NCBI RefSeq assembly: GCF_001194135.2
Contig: NC_068983.1
Location: 2,332,325-2,380,076 of the forward strand
Reading direction: 5' to 3'
DNA from: Octopus bimaculoides
Lineage: Eukaryota
Length of the DNA: 47,752 nt
Position 1 is the stretch's first letter. Each line of letters begins with the position of its first letter. A model generated the notes under the pieces. That model was not told the origin of the DNA, did no database searches, and saw only the letters and a program-made list of their open reading frames with translations. Shown here in pieces: positions 1-14,218 of this stretch. Position numbers and translations under genes: made by a program.

Positions 1-53
1 TATATATATATATACATATATATACATACATACATACATATATACATGCATGC

Positions 54-130
<77 letters not shown>

Positions 131-139
131 TGTGTGTGT
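1..139. repeat. Compound (TA)n/(TACA)n/(TG)n microsatellite
   Basis: Directly visible. Confidence 0.95.
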
Positions 140-269
140 ACTATACTTTGATACTTTGATAGTTTTAGCCAGTATTGACCCAAGCCACGTCTAACTTACT
201 AGCACCACCTAGCGAAGTAATTCAAATCAGGAATCGGACAACCTGGCCCACTGGAGTAGAGAATTATTG

Positions 270-720
270 TTTATGGAGACATATCCGGGAGTAGGAGGTT
301 TACCCGATCAATTTCAGTTTGTATCTGGGATCCATGTTGTTTTGTCTTCTGACCAGCCGGTCGTGTCTTTTTGTGTCCGTATATATATCAGAAAACTGCT
401 GCCATCCCTGAATGTTTTATGGTTATTTCACCTCACTGTGTCCGTGATTTTGTATCAGTGTTACCAATCTTTTGTTGCTTCTGTAATGATGAGCCGACAA
501 AGATTTTGTAAGTATATTCAGTTGTTTTATGATGTTAACCTGAGATATATACTCATAATAATGTGTAGATAATTGTATATCCATGGGTGAAAGTGCTTCA
601 GTTTATCCAATGTAATATTTTCTTATTAATGAGCAATTTATAATTCTCAAGCATTAAATTCCAGTCTGTTCAGCATTTTCCTCATTTCGTACTTTTCGCC
701 CGTGTATATCAGTCATTAAA
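270..720 (-). mobile_element. Degenerate RTE-like LINE 3' fragment
   Basis: Minus-strand translation with stops gives ...WSEDKTTWIPDTN*N*SGKPPT, like the RTE C-terminal WxPxxxKRxxGRPPTRW, and upstream EMRKMLNRL resembles the RT thumb region. Confidence 0.45.
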
Positions 721-1267
721 AACATGTGAAATCTATTTATTTTCCAGTAAAACTTTTGTTACAAGAAAGTTCTATATCAGAAAGCCAAATATCAGTAAAA
801 ATGTCTCAGAATGCCTCATAAAATGTCAAATACATCAGAATACTCCACAACAAAGTGGCGACGAATTTATTTATGAAATGTATCAGAATACACTGTTTTG
901 TAGTATGTGAATATAAGAAAAGAGAGTCATATTTAGACATGTCAGAATATTTTATGATTATCAGAATCATAATATCAGAAAACAAATAGCAGAAAACCCT
1001 GTTAAAATAATTTTGTATGTAAGTTCATCTTATTTTTGTATCTTTATTATTTTTTGTAGTCTCCAGTACATTTGCCGTGCACTTCTATGTACATGTGGTA
1101 CACGTACACATCGTGACGTATGAGTAGAAATTAAATGGCTCCAAAGTTTATACCATTATTGATCTTTATTGTCACTGTAGTGACTCCGCTCGCCCAGATT
1201 TCTACACAAGGCAGCAACATGTGTACTTACACACGCGCGCGCGCTCACACATATATACATATATATA

Positions 1268-1315
<48 letters not shown>

Positions 1316-1719
1316 AAGCCAGGAGATTTTCAGGATCCCCTCGTATATATATATATAATTCTGAGTTCTTTTACAGAGCTTTAAAAAAATGAAGGACTGC
1401 TGCAATAAGTGTGTGAATCTGAGAGGAAAATACGTTGACTGGAATCANNNNNNNNNNNNNNNNNNNNNNNNNNNNNNNNNNNNNNNNNNNNNNNNNNNNN
1501 NNNNNNNNNNNNNNNNNNNNNNNNNNNNNNNNNNNNNNNNNNNNNNNNNNNNNNNNNNNNNNNNNNNNNNNNNNNNNNNNNNNNNNNNNNNNNNNNNNNN
1601 NNNNNNNNNNNNNNNNNNNNNNNNNNNNNNNNNNNNNNNNNNNNNNNNNNNNNNNNNNNNNNNNNNNNNNNNNNNNNNNNNNNNNNNNNNNNGCGTGCGT
1701 GCGTGCGTGCGTGCGTGTG

Positions 1720-1754
<35 letters not shown>

Positions 1755-3849
1755 CTGCGTGTGTGTTTCAGAATTCAATGAGTCTGAATAATACCTGTAT
1801 TTTTTTTCATTTCGCAGATAATGCGATCCAGTATGTCGGGTCGATATGATTGATGAATTCTTCACTCGTTTGTGATATGTAACCTTTGTCGTTTGCTCTA
1901 GAATTTATATTCTCTTACTGTAAGTTTAATTTGGCCGGCAGTTCTAACTACCCTAAATAATTACAATTGTGAGTTGAGCCAATATTTTCCTCCTTAAAAC
2001 AAAATAAAATTTCTCGTTTTGTTTTAAATTATTTCCTCTAGAAATGGGTGTCTTTATTTTTGTCCAGTCTCCGTTTCTTTTGCAACTTGTGAAACAACAG
2101 GTTTACATTTGTTTTGCTCATTAACAATTAAGGTTTGTTATCCGGCCGACTTCCATTACGTCAACCTGATCAATTACTTGCAGTTTCCCAGTCTTTAAAT
2201 CCATCCACCTCCATTGAACTTTGATCGATATTCTCATCTCAAAACTTTACATCTTTCCTCTTCTTTTTCGATAGCAACGAGACAAATCTCAAGCTTTTTG
2301 CGTTTTCTTTTTTAGGTTTATGAAGATGTGTAAAATAAAACTTGCCATAGTAACGTGTCTTGTCATTGCGATACTAGCGTGGCTGAATAAATCCAGTACT
2401 ACCATGTTGACATTCATTACGCCCCGTGGTTATCCAATATTCACCATCACAATCATCTTGATTTTTTTTCTGGTCATTCATCAATGTCAGCAACGTTGTT
2501 GTTCTTTTTAGACGCTGTTTCATAGTCACCTTTTTCTAGTTAATGATGGACGCCTTTCGCTGCACTTGTGCTAGTAATTCCCACATCTCCAGCTTCAACC
2601 CGTCAAAGCACCACCGCCACTCTCACCACCGCTACAATCAGATGTTAATGTTTGTGTTTTTATATCGTCATTTGGTTTCCTTATTCCTTTTTCCTTACTT
2701 CACTTTAGGTTTTGTACATCCGGAAAAGTAATATATCCCCATGTCTCCAGTTCTGCTGCTTTCTCTCTACAACAGAGATAAAATTCAAGGAAATATACCT
2801 TTAAAACAAATAGTTTATATAAATAAACATGTAGATATCAATATCAAGTCAAGGCTTTAAGTGATAAAGGAGACGTCGCACATTGTATCATGCCATAAAT
2901 GAAGCGATTTCAGAACGTGGAGTACCACAGCGATTGCAGAAAGTAACAAAACAAAACGATGAGTGAATGTGGCAGCAGAAGCAGGAAAAAATGAACAATT
3001 ATTTATAGAAGTTGGGGAAAAGTTAAATAACTGGTGGCTTGGCAGTGAAACTTAATTGCAAATAGAATAGATTTTATGTCAGTAGTCCCAAGAAGATTTT
3101 GGTTATATTGGAATGATTTGACTCATCCAGCAATATAAAAGTTGTAATGACTGCACTTACAATTTCAGTAAACATTTAATTAAAGAGGTTATTATAATAT
3201 CTAAACTAAATCTGTGTATTAATTCATTCTTGTTTGGAACATTCCCAGCAGAAAAAAAAAACATTGTAAGTCCGTAAATATCTTGTTCTTCAGCTAATAC
3301 AAGAAAGGATGGACAAATTTCGTCATCACAAATTTCTCTTTAAATCGTGGTGTGAGAAGTTTTAGAATTTTAATTTCTGCTTCGAATGTTTGAAATGCGT
3401 GATTTATTCAGGATATAGTTTCCTCATTTAGATTTCGTTCTGTTTTGATATCTTCCACACGGAAATTACGTAGAAAATTGACTGGTTCTCGGTTTCACCG
3501 TTATTTGTATGTGTCTGCGAAACTTTTGTTTCTGACTGCCTTCCAGTACAGTTGTTTTCTTTGATTTAATAAACTGTTCCATATCTTCTCCATTTATTCC
3601 TCTTCTTGTATGCTTCATTCTTCAAATGAATTTTATTCCATTCTTGAAATATATCCTGTGTATTGAAAAGTTCTATTGTTATTTGTATCACAGACATTAT
3701 ATTCGGTATTTCTGTAGCCTATGTAGTGAGTTGTAATGTCAAGAATGGTCCTACATTTCCTCTTTAAATACGGATTTGTTCTTCCATGCCTCGAAATGCT
3801 GATGTGAGTCGTATTTATTTGTGGGGATAATTTCTTCTAAAAGCCTTGC

Positions 3850-4480
3850 ACCTACGTTTAGGTTCACAGCAGATTTCAATCTGATCAGAGCCGTTTAAAC
3901 ATTGAAAGGTTTTGCAAAAAATACTTCTTATAGTCACAATATTTAAAGAACGATTTTCTTTAAAGTTTTTAAGGAAATGTTAAAGAAAAGTTTGTCACAA
4001 ACGTTTGGGAAAGAAGTTTTTTGTATTGTATATAATTTTATGTTAGCGCTTTCGTAGTTCAGCTTATCAAACACACGTATTCCGGACTAATCCTTATGGA
4101 GGAAGTTGTTTTTAGTAATGCTGTTGCTTATGTATGGTTTAGTTTCGGTTTTAAATTTTCATAAAGTATTCTTTTGCCTTTCGCTCTTTAGCATTTTCCT
4201 CTGTCAATTTGTGAAAATGGATTATTTTAAATTTTTCATTTGCACGCATGTCCAGATGTTTACTACATGGAACATTTTGCTGCTTGTACACATTCACGTA
4301 GTTGGTTACTTTTGTTCCTGCTTCTCCGATGTAATTATTGTTCTATTGTTGATATATGATGCATTACATGAGATTTGTTATTCTTTTGCACTGTATATTT
4401 GCATTCATTTTCAATGCCTTTCCACTTTTGAAAGTTTTGTTTCTTCGTTGTTCAGTTTCTGCACTAATTTACCCGTCAAA
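3850..4480 (-). mobile_element. Penelope-like element 3' part (GIY-YIG endonuclease plus 3' UTR), degenerate
   Basis: Translates KTFKSGKALKMNANIQCK...NYIGEAGTK...PCSKHLD...FKIIHFHKL...KAKEYF, then KPKLN after a frameshift. The 3' UTR is colinear with 6110-6240 (shared acgtgtgtttga). Confidence 0.7.
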
Positions 4481-4899
4481 TCGAAAAAATATTCAAGGTT
4501 CGACACATTTCGGTATGTTAATATTATTAAAAATGGAAAGTAATCCAATAATTCATGCCAATTCATACACATCTACCACAAAAAACTTCCAAGCAATAAG
4601 AATGGGAAATCAAACCAAAATAGAGTACCAAAACGAAAACAACTTTCAATGATAAAGCTAGCATCCCAAGAGAAAAATAGCAATGGAAAAACAGACCAAA
4701 ATAATCATCAAACAAAAGGAAGCTAAATAAAAACAAAACAACATATGAAGTGGGGGTGATACAACAACAAGTGGGTAACTTCCTGGCATCAAAATACAAT
4801 AATTGAAGGATAGAGTACCACTGGCTTACAGAACAAGAATTGTTTTAATGAATAGGAGCTTCAAACAGAAACGAAAGGAAACTCGAATGATATAAATGG

Positions 4900-6270
4900 T
4901 CAAGAACAGGTTGCACCAACTGATCCAATGTTGGTGAACTTTTCACAACGAAACCTCGCGAAAAATTAAATAAAACCCCCCGGAATAAGGACTTAAATTC
5001 ACAGCAACTCCTAAATTTGACACAACAGGTCTTATAAAAGTTACAGGAATTTTATAGAAAACTTCGTCTACGGGGATTCTTCGAAAATAAAAACGACGAG
5101 GATCTATCAATTGTGAAAATCAAAACAGGCTTTGAGTCACTAAACAGAAACATATAATGTATCTGAAAAGTCAACAAACTCGAACATTAATAAAAGAAAA
5201 ACCCAAAACATATAAAAACAAACATGAAGAGTATTGGAGTGCCTATAGAAAGTATTCTTTATGGTCATTAAAGAAGCTAACAAACAACAAGATTTGTTAC
5301 ACGAACAATTAATGATCAACATTTCTATAAAAACAATTAAAAACCTCAATGTAGATAAATAAACAAAGAGCATAATTGTAAAATTAACGGAAAAGTTTTA
5401 TAATTAAGACGAAATACTTGGATAAAACTGATTAATTTTGAGTTGACAGGAAGTAACTTTTACGGACTTCCAAAAATCCATAAATGTAAAGAAATCAATA
5501 ACTGCTTAAAGGAGTTCCATTCATCATATGTGAAAATTCCAATACTGTCTGATCTAACATTACGTCCATATAAATATAATATTCTATTTGTAGTCACCGA
5601 TAATCCTGGGAACGACATCCTATATTCAACACAAGGACATTACTCATTTCTACATCAGTATTCGAATCCCCAACAAAGAAGTAAAAAGGTCAGAAATGAT
5701 CAACGGCCGAAGACAGCAACCAAATCTTAAGAGACTCCTAACAAATACTCACATCAAAGAAAGAAATAATAGAAGAAACAAACTGTAGAGACTCTTGTTG
5801 TGGAAAGTGTGAAATAATTGAACAAAGAACGACCAAAGATTCGAAACCGGTGGGAATTGAATATGAATATAAACATGAATTGCAAAACCAAAATGTTCAT
5901 CTGCTGCAGCAAATACCCGCCATGCAAGGAGGATTACAACAGAGAAACAGCCACAGAACTAATCAACCCTGTAATTAGCAAATTCGAATTTCATCTCTAA
6001 GGAATGTTTTTGTAAATGGAAAATTTAAAATATTCCGTTTTCCCAAAGTAAAAAACGAAAATAATCAACTGCGAAAGGCGAAACAAAAGAAATTTTAATA
6101 ATTTACAAAGAACTCTTAATCCGAAATTAAACCAGAAATAGTCAAAACCTTTACTAAAACCACTTTCTTCTATAAGACTTAAGCTAGAACACGTGTGTTT
6201 GAAAGTTTGAATGACGAAAACGTTTACACACAAACGACACGTAAATCGAAAACATTTTCTCGGACATTCG
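4900..6270 (+). mobile_element. Penelope-like element, internally deleted and degenerate
   Basis: Across frameshifts: KGLKFTATPK...RKLRLRGFF, then SNFYGLPKIHK...DLTLRP (RT N-terminus), then CKEDYNRET (decayed YIG motif) and LNPKLN at the ORF end. Confidence 0.7.
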
Positions 6271-7042
6271 CGATACATTTTTCATTTGTATGTATGTATG
6301 TATGTATGTATGTATGTATGTATGTGCAGCTTTGTANNNNNNNNNNNNNNNNNNNNNNNNNNNNNNNNNNNNNNNNNNNNNNNNNNNNNNNNNNNNNNNN
6401 NNNNNNNNNNNNNNNNNNNNNNNNNNNNNNNNNNNNATATATATATATAATAGATATATTACATATAAATATATTCTAAATACACAAACACACTTTCACA
6501 CATGTATTCCTCCGTTAATTGTTTTTCTCTATGAAATTTTGATACTGCCTTTTGCTTCACAGACACAGACAATCGGCTAAGACAAGAATATACCATGATT
6601 AAGAGTAAATTATTTCCGTGTGTTTAATCACAAACGATCCAAACTATAAATGAATAACATTTTTATTTTAATTTTCTCAATGAAGTAAGTTTAAACGCGG
6701 AAAATGCATTTAGTGGTTTGCCATTATTAGTTTAATAAATAACTCTATGAAAATGAATGGTACTTAATTCAGGAGATTTAAGTTTATAAAATGCGTGGAT
6801 TAAAAGTAAGAAAATGTACAGATTATTCGGGATAAATTTGGTAACCTTTTATGACTCCTTTTCTCAAGATTAGCTTGGTCTATTGGTGTTGTAATCCAAC
6901 GTCGGACTGTTAAAACATTCATTCCGGTATACCAGTATAATTAGTTAGACAAGTAAAACACGACTATCTATGACCGACTTCCCGACGTCACAGTATTTTT
7001 AACGACTAGCACATACCAGTCGTCACGTGGGTGGGGTGTTTC

Positions 7043-7049
<7 letters not shown>

Positions 7050-7078
<29 letters not shown>

Positions 7079-7345
7079 GCCTTTGCGCAGCTTCTAACGC
7101 TGGAGATGTATTTCGGTGTCAGCTGTTCGCTACCAATGAACTAAGATAACACCCCTTATTTTTCGAGCACCTTCCGGAGTATTCGAGCGGTTCCAAGCAG
7201 TGCTGTTTTCTGGAGCCCCTATTTGTTCCACGTACTTCTCTAGTTTTTTGCGCACTGTTCCCAGTGCTCCGACAATCATTGGTACTACAGCTACCTTTTC
7301 ATCGACCACAACTGCTTTACCTCCCAAGCTAACCTGCCATATCTC
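7050..7345 (-). mobile_element. R4/Dong-type LINE 3' end with (TAA)n tail
   Basis: VVPMIVGALGTVRKKLEKYVEQIGAP (REL C-terminus). Near-identical to 25790-26060 and 29210-29500 and abuts (TTA)n at 7045-7078. Confidence 0.8.
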
Positions 7346-7355
7346 TCGAATTTTC

Positions 7356-7386
<31 letters not shown>

Positions 7387-9427
7387 CATACATACATACA
7401 TACAAACAAACAGATCAGGTTTGTCGGTGTGTTGACTACTTGAAATGAGTCGAAATTTTCCTGCTAGTTGACATGTGTGAGGCATTTACAATATTGAGCC
7501 CGAGAGAAAACAGTTTTAAGTCAGTTATGTTACCAACTGAACCATGAATTCAGTTCACCAGAAAATCCTAACAAGTCTCTCACTCTTGAAAATGTCAGAA
7601 ATTTCAATGGAGAATCTGAAACTGAAGCACCATTATTAATGAACGTCTATTCAACACATCAATTCTGATACAGAAACCTAATGGTATGACATTTGTTTTT
7701 GTGGTCTTGCATTTAAAATATAAACACTATTAAATTAAAGTTGCTATTTAGTCGTGTGGAGTTAGATTAAAGATTGCACACAATAATATATTTCTTATCT
7801 GATTGAAGATCTTAATTTTATTCAGTGGGAATGGTCGGCATCACAATACAATAACTTGAGTGGTTCAGTCGATCTTATTCATGAGAGAACTAATTATTAA
7901 ACCCAATTATTGCCTGATGAGTTTATTGCATCGAAATGAAGAAATAGAATCGCCAACTGTTATTTAGCATATGATAAATATTAATTCTGGATATTCGTCG
8001 TTGCCATTCAATTTGATTACTGTGTAAGCTGCTTAATATTTATGTGTATTGCATCTCAAGTATTCCGAGAATCTGGTCATAGAAACTGAAGACAGTATAA
8101 TTGCAAAGACTGCGCAAAAGAATCTCTAAATGGTTATTAATGGTTCCCAAGCATCTGTCACGTAAAGGCTGTCACATATGTCACATATTCTGCTGCATTT
8201 ATCCAACCCTGTGTGTATATGCAAATTACCACACGCGCATGCGCGAACACACCTGCATATGTTAGTATGTATATAGGTAGATAGGTAAGTAGGTAGGTGT
8301 GTGTGCATGTATGTAAATATATATATATATATATATATGGTTAGCCCCTTGTGGGCAATAAAGAAATAAGAAACGTTAGCACACCGGGCGAAATGCTTAG
8401 CAGTATTTCGTTTGTCTTTACGCTCTCAGATCAGGTCACTTGCTATGTAAGTACATCTCNNNNNNNNNNATATATATATTTATATATATACATATATATA
8501 CACACATATATATATATATATTTATTTCTGTGTGCGGGCGTGAGAACACGCGATTGTGTATGCGTGTATTTATATGCAGCAATGAGGAATATATATACTT
8601 CAAGAAAAATTGTTCTTGATTTATTGAATTATTTTCCCTTCGAGGGAACTGGAAGCAAATTATTTGCGAAAACTCCGAACAGCTCCAAACGAGATGGCGA
8701 GATAATATTAAGATTTAAGAATTGTCATAAAAACTGACATAGAAATAAATTATTTCTCTTTGCTGATTTTTGTTTAAATGAACCAAATTTCTGCATTTTC
8801 CTGTCAAAATATGCAGCTTTGTACTGATGACGCCTATTAAATTAGAAATACACGTTCCCAATAGAGCTCTTATTTGCTGACAATCAGATTGTCATCTCAT
8901 CACACGAAATCTTGATCCTTGCTTTATTTGCCCTTCTAATTTTCAATTGATTGCATCGATGTGATAATGCATTTTTCTCCTTTACTCTCCAAGGAATATA
9001 AATTCTATAAAACTCAAAATTTCTTGAATTGTATCTCATCCGCTTTATTTGTTTTCATCGATAAAATTTAAACCATTCACCATTCAGAGTTATTTCCTTT
9101 CGCTATTTTCATTAAATGTGTGTTTGGGGGGGGGGCGGAGTTGTGTGTATGTGTGTGTGTGTGTGTGTGTGTGTAGGGGTGGATTGTTAGTTGAGTGCAT
9201 GCGCACTGACCCCACTGTGTGTTATCTTGGGCGAATGTCATTTTCTATAACTTTCAGTCGATCCATTCTTTGTGAGTGAACTGTGGAGAATCCCGTCTAG
9301 TGAATACATACACGTATATATAGAGAGACACACAGACAGACATACCCCCAGCGGATGTTAACAAAGCTGAAAATCAGTGAAAAATAGAATACCTACGCTG
9401 AAATACTGAGAAATCTGCAGTTACTCT

Positions 9428-9620
9428 ATCCAGATTGCAAGTTCAGGTTTATACCTGTAATTATTGGGGCCCTGGGATATGGAACACACTGCCTAAATAC
9501 CAATCTTGAGAAATTAGGCTCCTCGAAGCCAAAAATGAGAAAACTAACTCGAAGACTACAGATGCAATCCATCACTGGAACTGTAAAAATCTGTAAAACT
9601 GTACAGAAGTTTATCATTTA
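9428..9620 (+). mobile_element. 3' end of an REL-endonuclease non-LTR retrotransposon
   Basis: PDCKFRFIPVIIGALGYGTHCLNTNLEKLG...LQMQSITGTVKICKTVQKFII*, a typical REL C-terminus. Confidence 0.65.
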
Positions 9621-9978
9621 AATATATATGAGCATGTCTAGATATGTAACTCTATGCATGAGAATACATACATAAAGCAAAACATACAAATCTGCACGTA
9701 TACATACATACATAAATACATACATACATACATACATACATACATACAAACGTACATACATACATACATACATACATACATACATACGTACATATATACA
9801 TACAAATTACCCTGTTGATGATGTTGAAATTTCAATGACGTAGTCTCGGATCTAGGTTAGAAACCAGCTCTTTCCCTCTTAGCAAAAACATCTTGAAATA
9901 AAACTGAATAATGACATACATACATACATACATATGCATTGCACACATACATACATATACATTGCACACACATATACA

Positions 9979-10010
<32 letters not shown>

Positions 10011-10639
10011 CTTTCGGCATCAGCCCAGTTTAAGGCAACTTACGTAACACTCATTATACGTCAACCTATTATTATTCTGGTGAATTCAAATTCCGTAATT
10101 TGATAATCTGTGTATCTAAGTGATTAATGCAAATTATTTCTTAAATTATTATCGCCAATAATTAATCACGAAATATTTCAATAAAGAACTCTACAGATTC
10201 GAAATACGAAATGCTTATTCCTAAAGGCACACACAGTTGCTTTAGTATAAATTTCAATTATGCATTTACTAATTATATGCTTGTAGGTTTTTTAATTGCT
10301 CGGGCACTAAATTTTAATTCATATTTTGTATTCTTCGTAATGAATTATTTTACGCAATATCATTTTATATTTATATTAGTTCCCCCTGAAAGAAAGTTTT
10401 TTTTCCTTGTTCCAGGAGCCGGTGTGGTCGTGGTCGAGTGATTAAGACATTTTCTCTTGGAATAATGTAGTTCTCGGTTCAATTTAACAACACGTCATCG
10501 TATTAATAGTTATGTATCTTTTATTCTAATACGAGCTGATCGATGTTTCGATAGATACGAGATGTCAATAAAATGATACTCATTTGCTCTTGCACTTATT
10601 TTATCTTTGGTAACAAGCAATATCTAAAAAGATTTGTCG

Positions 10640-11035
10640 GCCTGCTCCATGACCCCTGCGAACAAAATAGAAAAGGCGTTGCCCTAGAGGAGGATAGCGT
10701 TGAAGATGCGCTGGAACAACCTCTTTGACACGCGTGGCTCACACGTGCTGATAGCCATCTCCGCTTAATTAGCAGTGAGCAAGGATGTGGTTTGAGGGCC
10801 TGAAGCTTAGAGATCCCTACTGCCACATACTCGACTACAAATTGGCCAATACTTTGACAGTTTGCCCTTCCCGGCTTGATGGGACTGGGCTGGTAGCTGG
10901 ACACACCAAGTTGCCGCTGAAGATGTCATAGCATGTGGTGCTCCAGATGAGGAGCCTACCACCATGGAAGGCGAAACTTGTCATACCGTCGGGCCTTTTA
11001 CCGTTCCCTCGGGTTAGCTCCGCTGGCTCCTGCTG
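10640..11035 (-). mobile_element. CRE-clade non-LTR retrotransposon REL fragment
   Basis: LTRGNGKRPDGMTSFAFHGGRLLIWSTTCYDIFS (RxDGKRPDG...WDxTCxD motif) and downstream RLFQRIFNAILL*GNAFSIL (like FQRISIAIQRGNA). Confidence 0.75.
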
Positions 11036-11479
11036 TCACATCTTGTTTTAATCTTAATTTCCATTTTACTTGTAGTTCTTTTCCTTTGCAGCACTCTTAG
11101 TGTGCATTATTCTCGTGTCATTGAGATATGCACGATATAGACTATGAAGTTTTCAATTTATATTCAGTTTTGATTCGCCTTAATGCTTATATTTGCTTTC
11201 CGATGCGGTCAATCGTTTTCATTTAAACGATTCTAGTTATTTTGAACATCATTTGTCCTGCTAAATCAGCTTCAAAATTTTATTCAATAAGTTGGCATTT
11301 ATGAATATTTATAAAGCAATTCTTTTTGAGTTTCGCAACTCAATATTGCTACTTAGTTGATTTTCATGAGGTTACGTGTACTTGAACGGAATGTGGTTCA
11401 AGTATAAAGAATAGCATTTTTTTAAATACTCACGACTGTCTGATGATAGATTTCGTAAAGCTTTGAATTACAGGTTGTG

Positions 11480-13150
11480 GGCTTTGTCGGTGTATTTTTA
11501 CGTCTGTTGGTGCCTGCAATGTTAGATGCAATGTTGTCTAAGCAGGAGAAGCTCAGCTTGACATTATGGGATTGAAGGGTTTGTAATACTTATGTCCTCT
11601 GCGGAAATATTTCTTTATTAATGACAGGAAGCACCTCGCTACGTTGGTAGAAGCTTCTAGGTTAATTGGGGGTTATACAAGATTATTTTCGTTTTCCTAA
11701 TTCTCTTGGGGTGAGAGGAGGGGGTTTGGAGTTCGTCCACATACGTAAGCTTCTCATAAAATCCGCTCCTACTTAAAGTATTCTTGTAGTGGAAGGTGGC
11801 CCTATTAAAGATCTCCATATTGGCTGACAGTTTCGACATCTGTTTGCTAATGCCTGAAACCAAGTTTCTAATTACAGTAGGGGAGGAGGTTAGTATTTTC
11901 CCGTATTCAGGTCTAAAGTTACGTCCAAGAAATCGACCGTAGTCCGGTTGGTAGTGAGCGTTATGAATAGGCCGAATTCTGAATAGTTTTTATCAAGTTG
12001 TTCCTGAACCTATCCGTGGCGTGGCCATTCATATGGCTTGAGATTTCAGCCCCGTCAAAGCTCCCCATAGAGACATCAAACAATGCATCACCTTCTTTCT
12101 TCACACAGAAGGAATCGTCATGCTTCAGAATTGACTTTCTGGCATTCATGGTGATTTGATAACAAAATCTTTAATGCTGGTAAACTGTTGAGCAAAAGCT
12201 AGGGTCTTCAGGAGGAGGGGCTTAGATACGGAACGGCAGAAGTCTACAATGTCGAACTGGGTGAATTTTCAGGCTGACTTATTCCTGATACCGCGGAAGC
12301 AGACTATTAACGCTCCGCTGAATTTCCATTGAATCAACCCTGTAGCCCTTCTGCTGTCGGAGTTGACAGTACCGAGAATACGATTGCTAATGATATCTAT
12401 CTCGCTTTTAGAGGGGTTGATCAGCTTGCATTTGGGGTTCGAATGGAAATTAGGCTAATGATCCTTAATTGTAATATGAGGGGGTTCGTGTGGTCAGGCG
12501 GTCCACTCGATCCTCTACCTCAAGGGGGGTCGCCAGCTCCTTTGCTTCTGTGTGTATGTCATCGTATGTGGATTTAGGGGTTTTCTTGTATGTTTCGGTA
12601 GTGGCGCTTGTGAGGAGTCGTGAATGTGTGGAAATGTTAGTTTCATAAATATTGTTTGCTTTGTCTGCGAGGATGACCATTATTAAATGATCACTATTGG
12701 GAGATTGTTTAATAGTGGTCATGCATTCATTTAAGTATTTAAGGAAGGGATTAGAATAATGCTGAAACCTAACCTTCTTTACAATGTTTCATAAGTCAGT
12801 CTCGAAGTTCTCAAGGTCTTTCATACGCGGAGAACACTTTCGGGATTTAAAGCCAAACTTATCCGCAGATGTAGTAGTGGAAGGGTTCTCGTAGAAGAAA
12901 GCTTTCCAGTGCATTCGTTTGTTGACACTTTCGGTAAATTTTCTTTGGAGTTATTTGGATATTCTTCAGCGAGTACGGTAGTGGTTGTCTCTCTTCAGAC
13001 GTCCGTGAATGGCGCTCAACAGAGTTTGGAACAATTATATGGTCGAGAAAGGTCATGCGGTATTGATTTCGGGGAATTTAGCGGCAGCCTGTCTACGCAC
13101 ATACTCTCACCCCTTGTACATCAACCCTTATGCTTGACCACATGAGTATG
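11480..13150 (-). mobile_element. Penelope-like element RT region; catalytic YxDD segment deleted and endonuclease absent
   Basis: RMHWKAFFYENP...FGFKSRK, ILADKANNIYE...TYKK, NARKSILKH...VKKEGDALFDVSMGSFDGAEI, then a jump to DRFRNNLIK...VDFLDVTLDLNTGKY and KIILYNP. Many stops and frameshifts. Confidence 0.9.
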
Positions 13151-13430
13151 GGTGCGCACGAGCACCTTATGCTGATGAAATGAAATATTATTGAAATAAT
13201 ACATTTCTAAATCTCTTGGAGAGATTTATGCAGTAGCAGCACGATAAAGTGAGAATATGTTGTCAGCTTAATGTGACAGTCCCATGAAAGGGAAGAATGC
13301 TACTGTTATTTAGCCCTAGGAAACACCGTTTGATAATCTGTGTATCTAAGTGGTTATTATGATTATATCTCCATTTATAATTATCATTCAGAGAATGCAT
13401 AATTTTTTATTTCAATATATATTAATAGAA

Positions 13431-13636
13431 AGGCAACGAGCTGGCAGTCGGGCGAAATGCTTAGCGGTATTTCGTCTGTCTTTACGTTCTGAGTTCAAAT
13501 TCCGCTGAGGTCGACTTTGCCTTTCATCCTTTCGGGGTCGAAAAATTAAGTACCAGTTGCGTAATGGAGTCGATCCAATCGACTGGCCCCCTCCCCCACC
13601 AAAATTTCTGGCTTTCGTGCCTGAAGTAGAAAAGAA
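13431..13636 (+). mobile_element. tRNA-derived SINE family A
   Basis: Head gagctggcag...gagttcaaattccg (B box) and central gtcgactttgcctttcatcctttcggggtcga...taagtaccag shared by at least 6 copies in the window; the centre resembles a Meta-type SINE core. Confidence 0.8.
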
Positions 13637-13929
13637 TGCACATTAATACAAATATATACAAAAGAGATAATCTTCATTTCTTTAGGCACATCTTATTTAT
13701 GAAGCATTTTTCTTCTTAGATTATGAAGCTTTCTTTTTTTTCTAAATTTCAATTAAGTAATATCTAATTAGATCCCTGTAACTTTCTACATCGCACAAAT
13801 ATTAAATCTAAGTTATGTTTTCTAAACTTGTTAATCAATTTTGTGATCCAATATCGTTTTAATTCATATTCACTCCTCTAAACACACACTTTAACCATAG
13901 ATCCAGCATATCTATGATGCACTGGATAA

Positions 13930-14090
13930 AGATTTTTGTATGCAATGCCGAGGTGCTGAGTTCTATCTCATGATATGGCATTCTAATTATGTTCCTGCTT
14001 CTACTGTAATCAAGAGTCATCTGAAGCTCTGCGAGAGTAATTTTGTTGGCGGAAACTGTGCGGAAGCCCTCCGTATATCCATAGAGTTGT
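13930..14090 (+). mobile_element. Degenerate CORE-like SINE copy
   Basis: Diverged match to the reverse complement of family B (ttctactgta...ctgcgagagt...ggcggaaactgtgcggaagccc). Confidence 0.45.
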
Positions 14091-14167
14091 GTATGTGTAT
14101 GTATTATGCAGAGAGATAAATGGATAGGCAGACAGACAAACAGTCATTCGCAATGTCCTTTTGCACA

Positions 14168-14218
<51 letters not shown>

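Noticed and set aside
3290-3330. WTNF, resembling the esterase YWTNFAK motif, after a pyrimidine-rich AG
   Set aside because: An in-frame TAA follows the acceptor and the downstream residues do not match.
3780-4100. Apparent LINE RT motifs (FDKLNY, VQG..LSP) on the minus strand
   Set aside because: The DNA is colinear with the Penelope 3' UTR at 6130-6240, so the peptide likeness is coincidental.
7905-7940. CTGATGAG...TCGAAA hammerhead-like spacing
   Set aside because: Stem II has only one base pair and there is no stem I or III.
10099-13352. Shared 24-mer tttgataatctgtgtatctaagtg at about 10099 and 13329 as a possible TSD or LTR
   Set aside because: The intervening DNA is a mixture of unrelated elements; more likely two remnants of a dispersed repeat.
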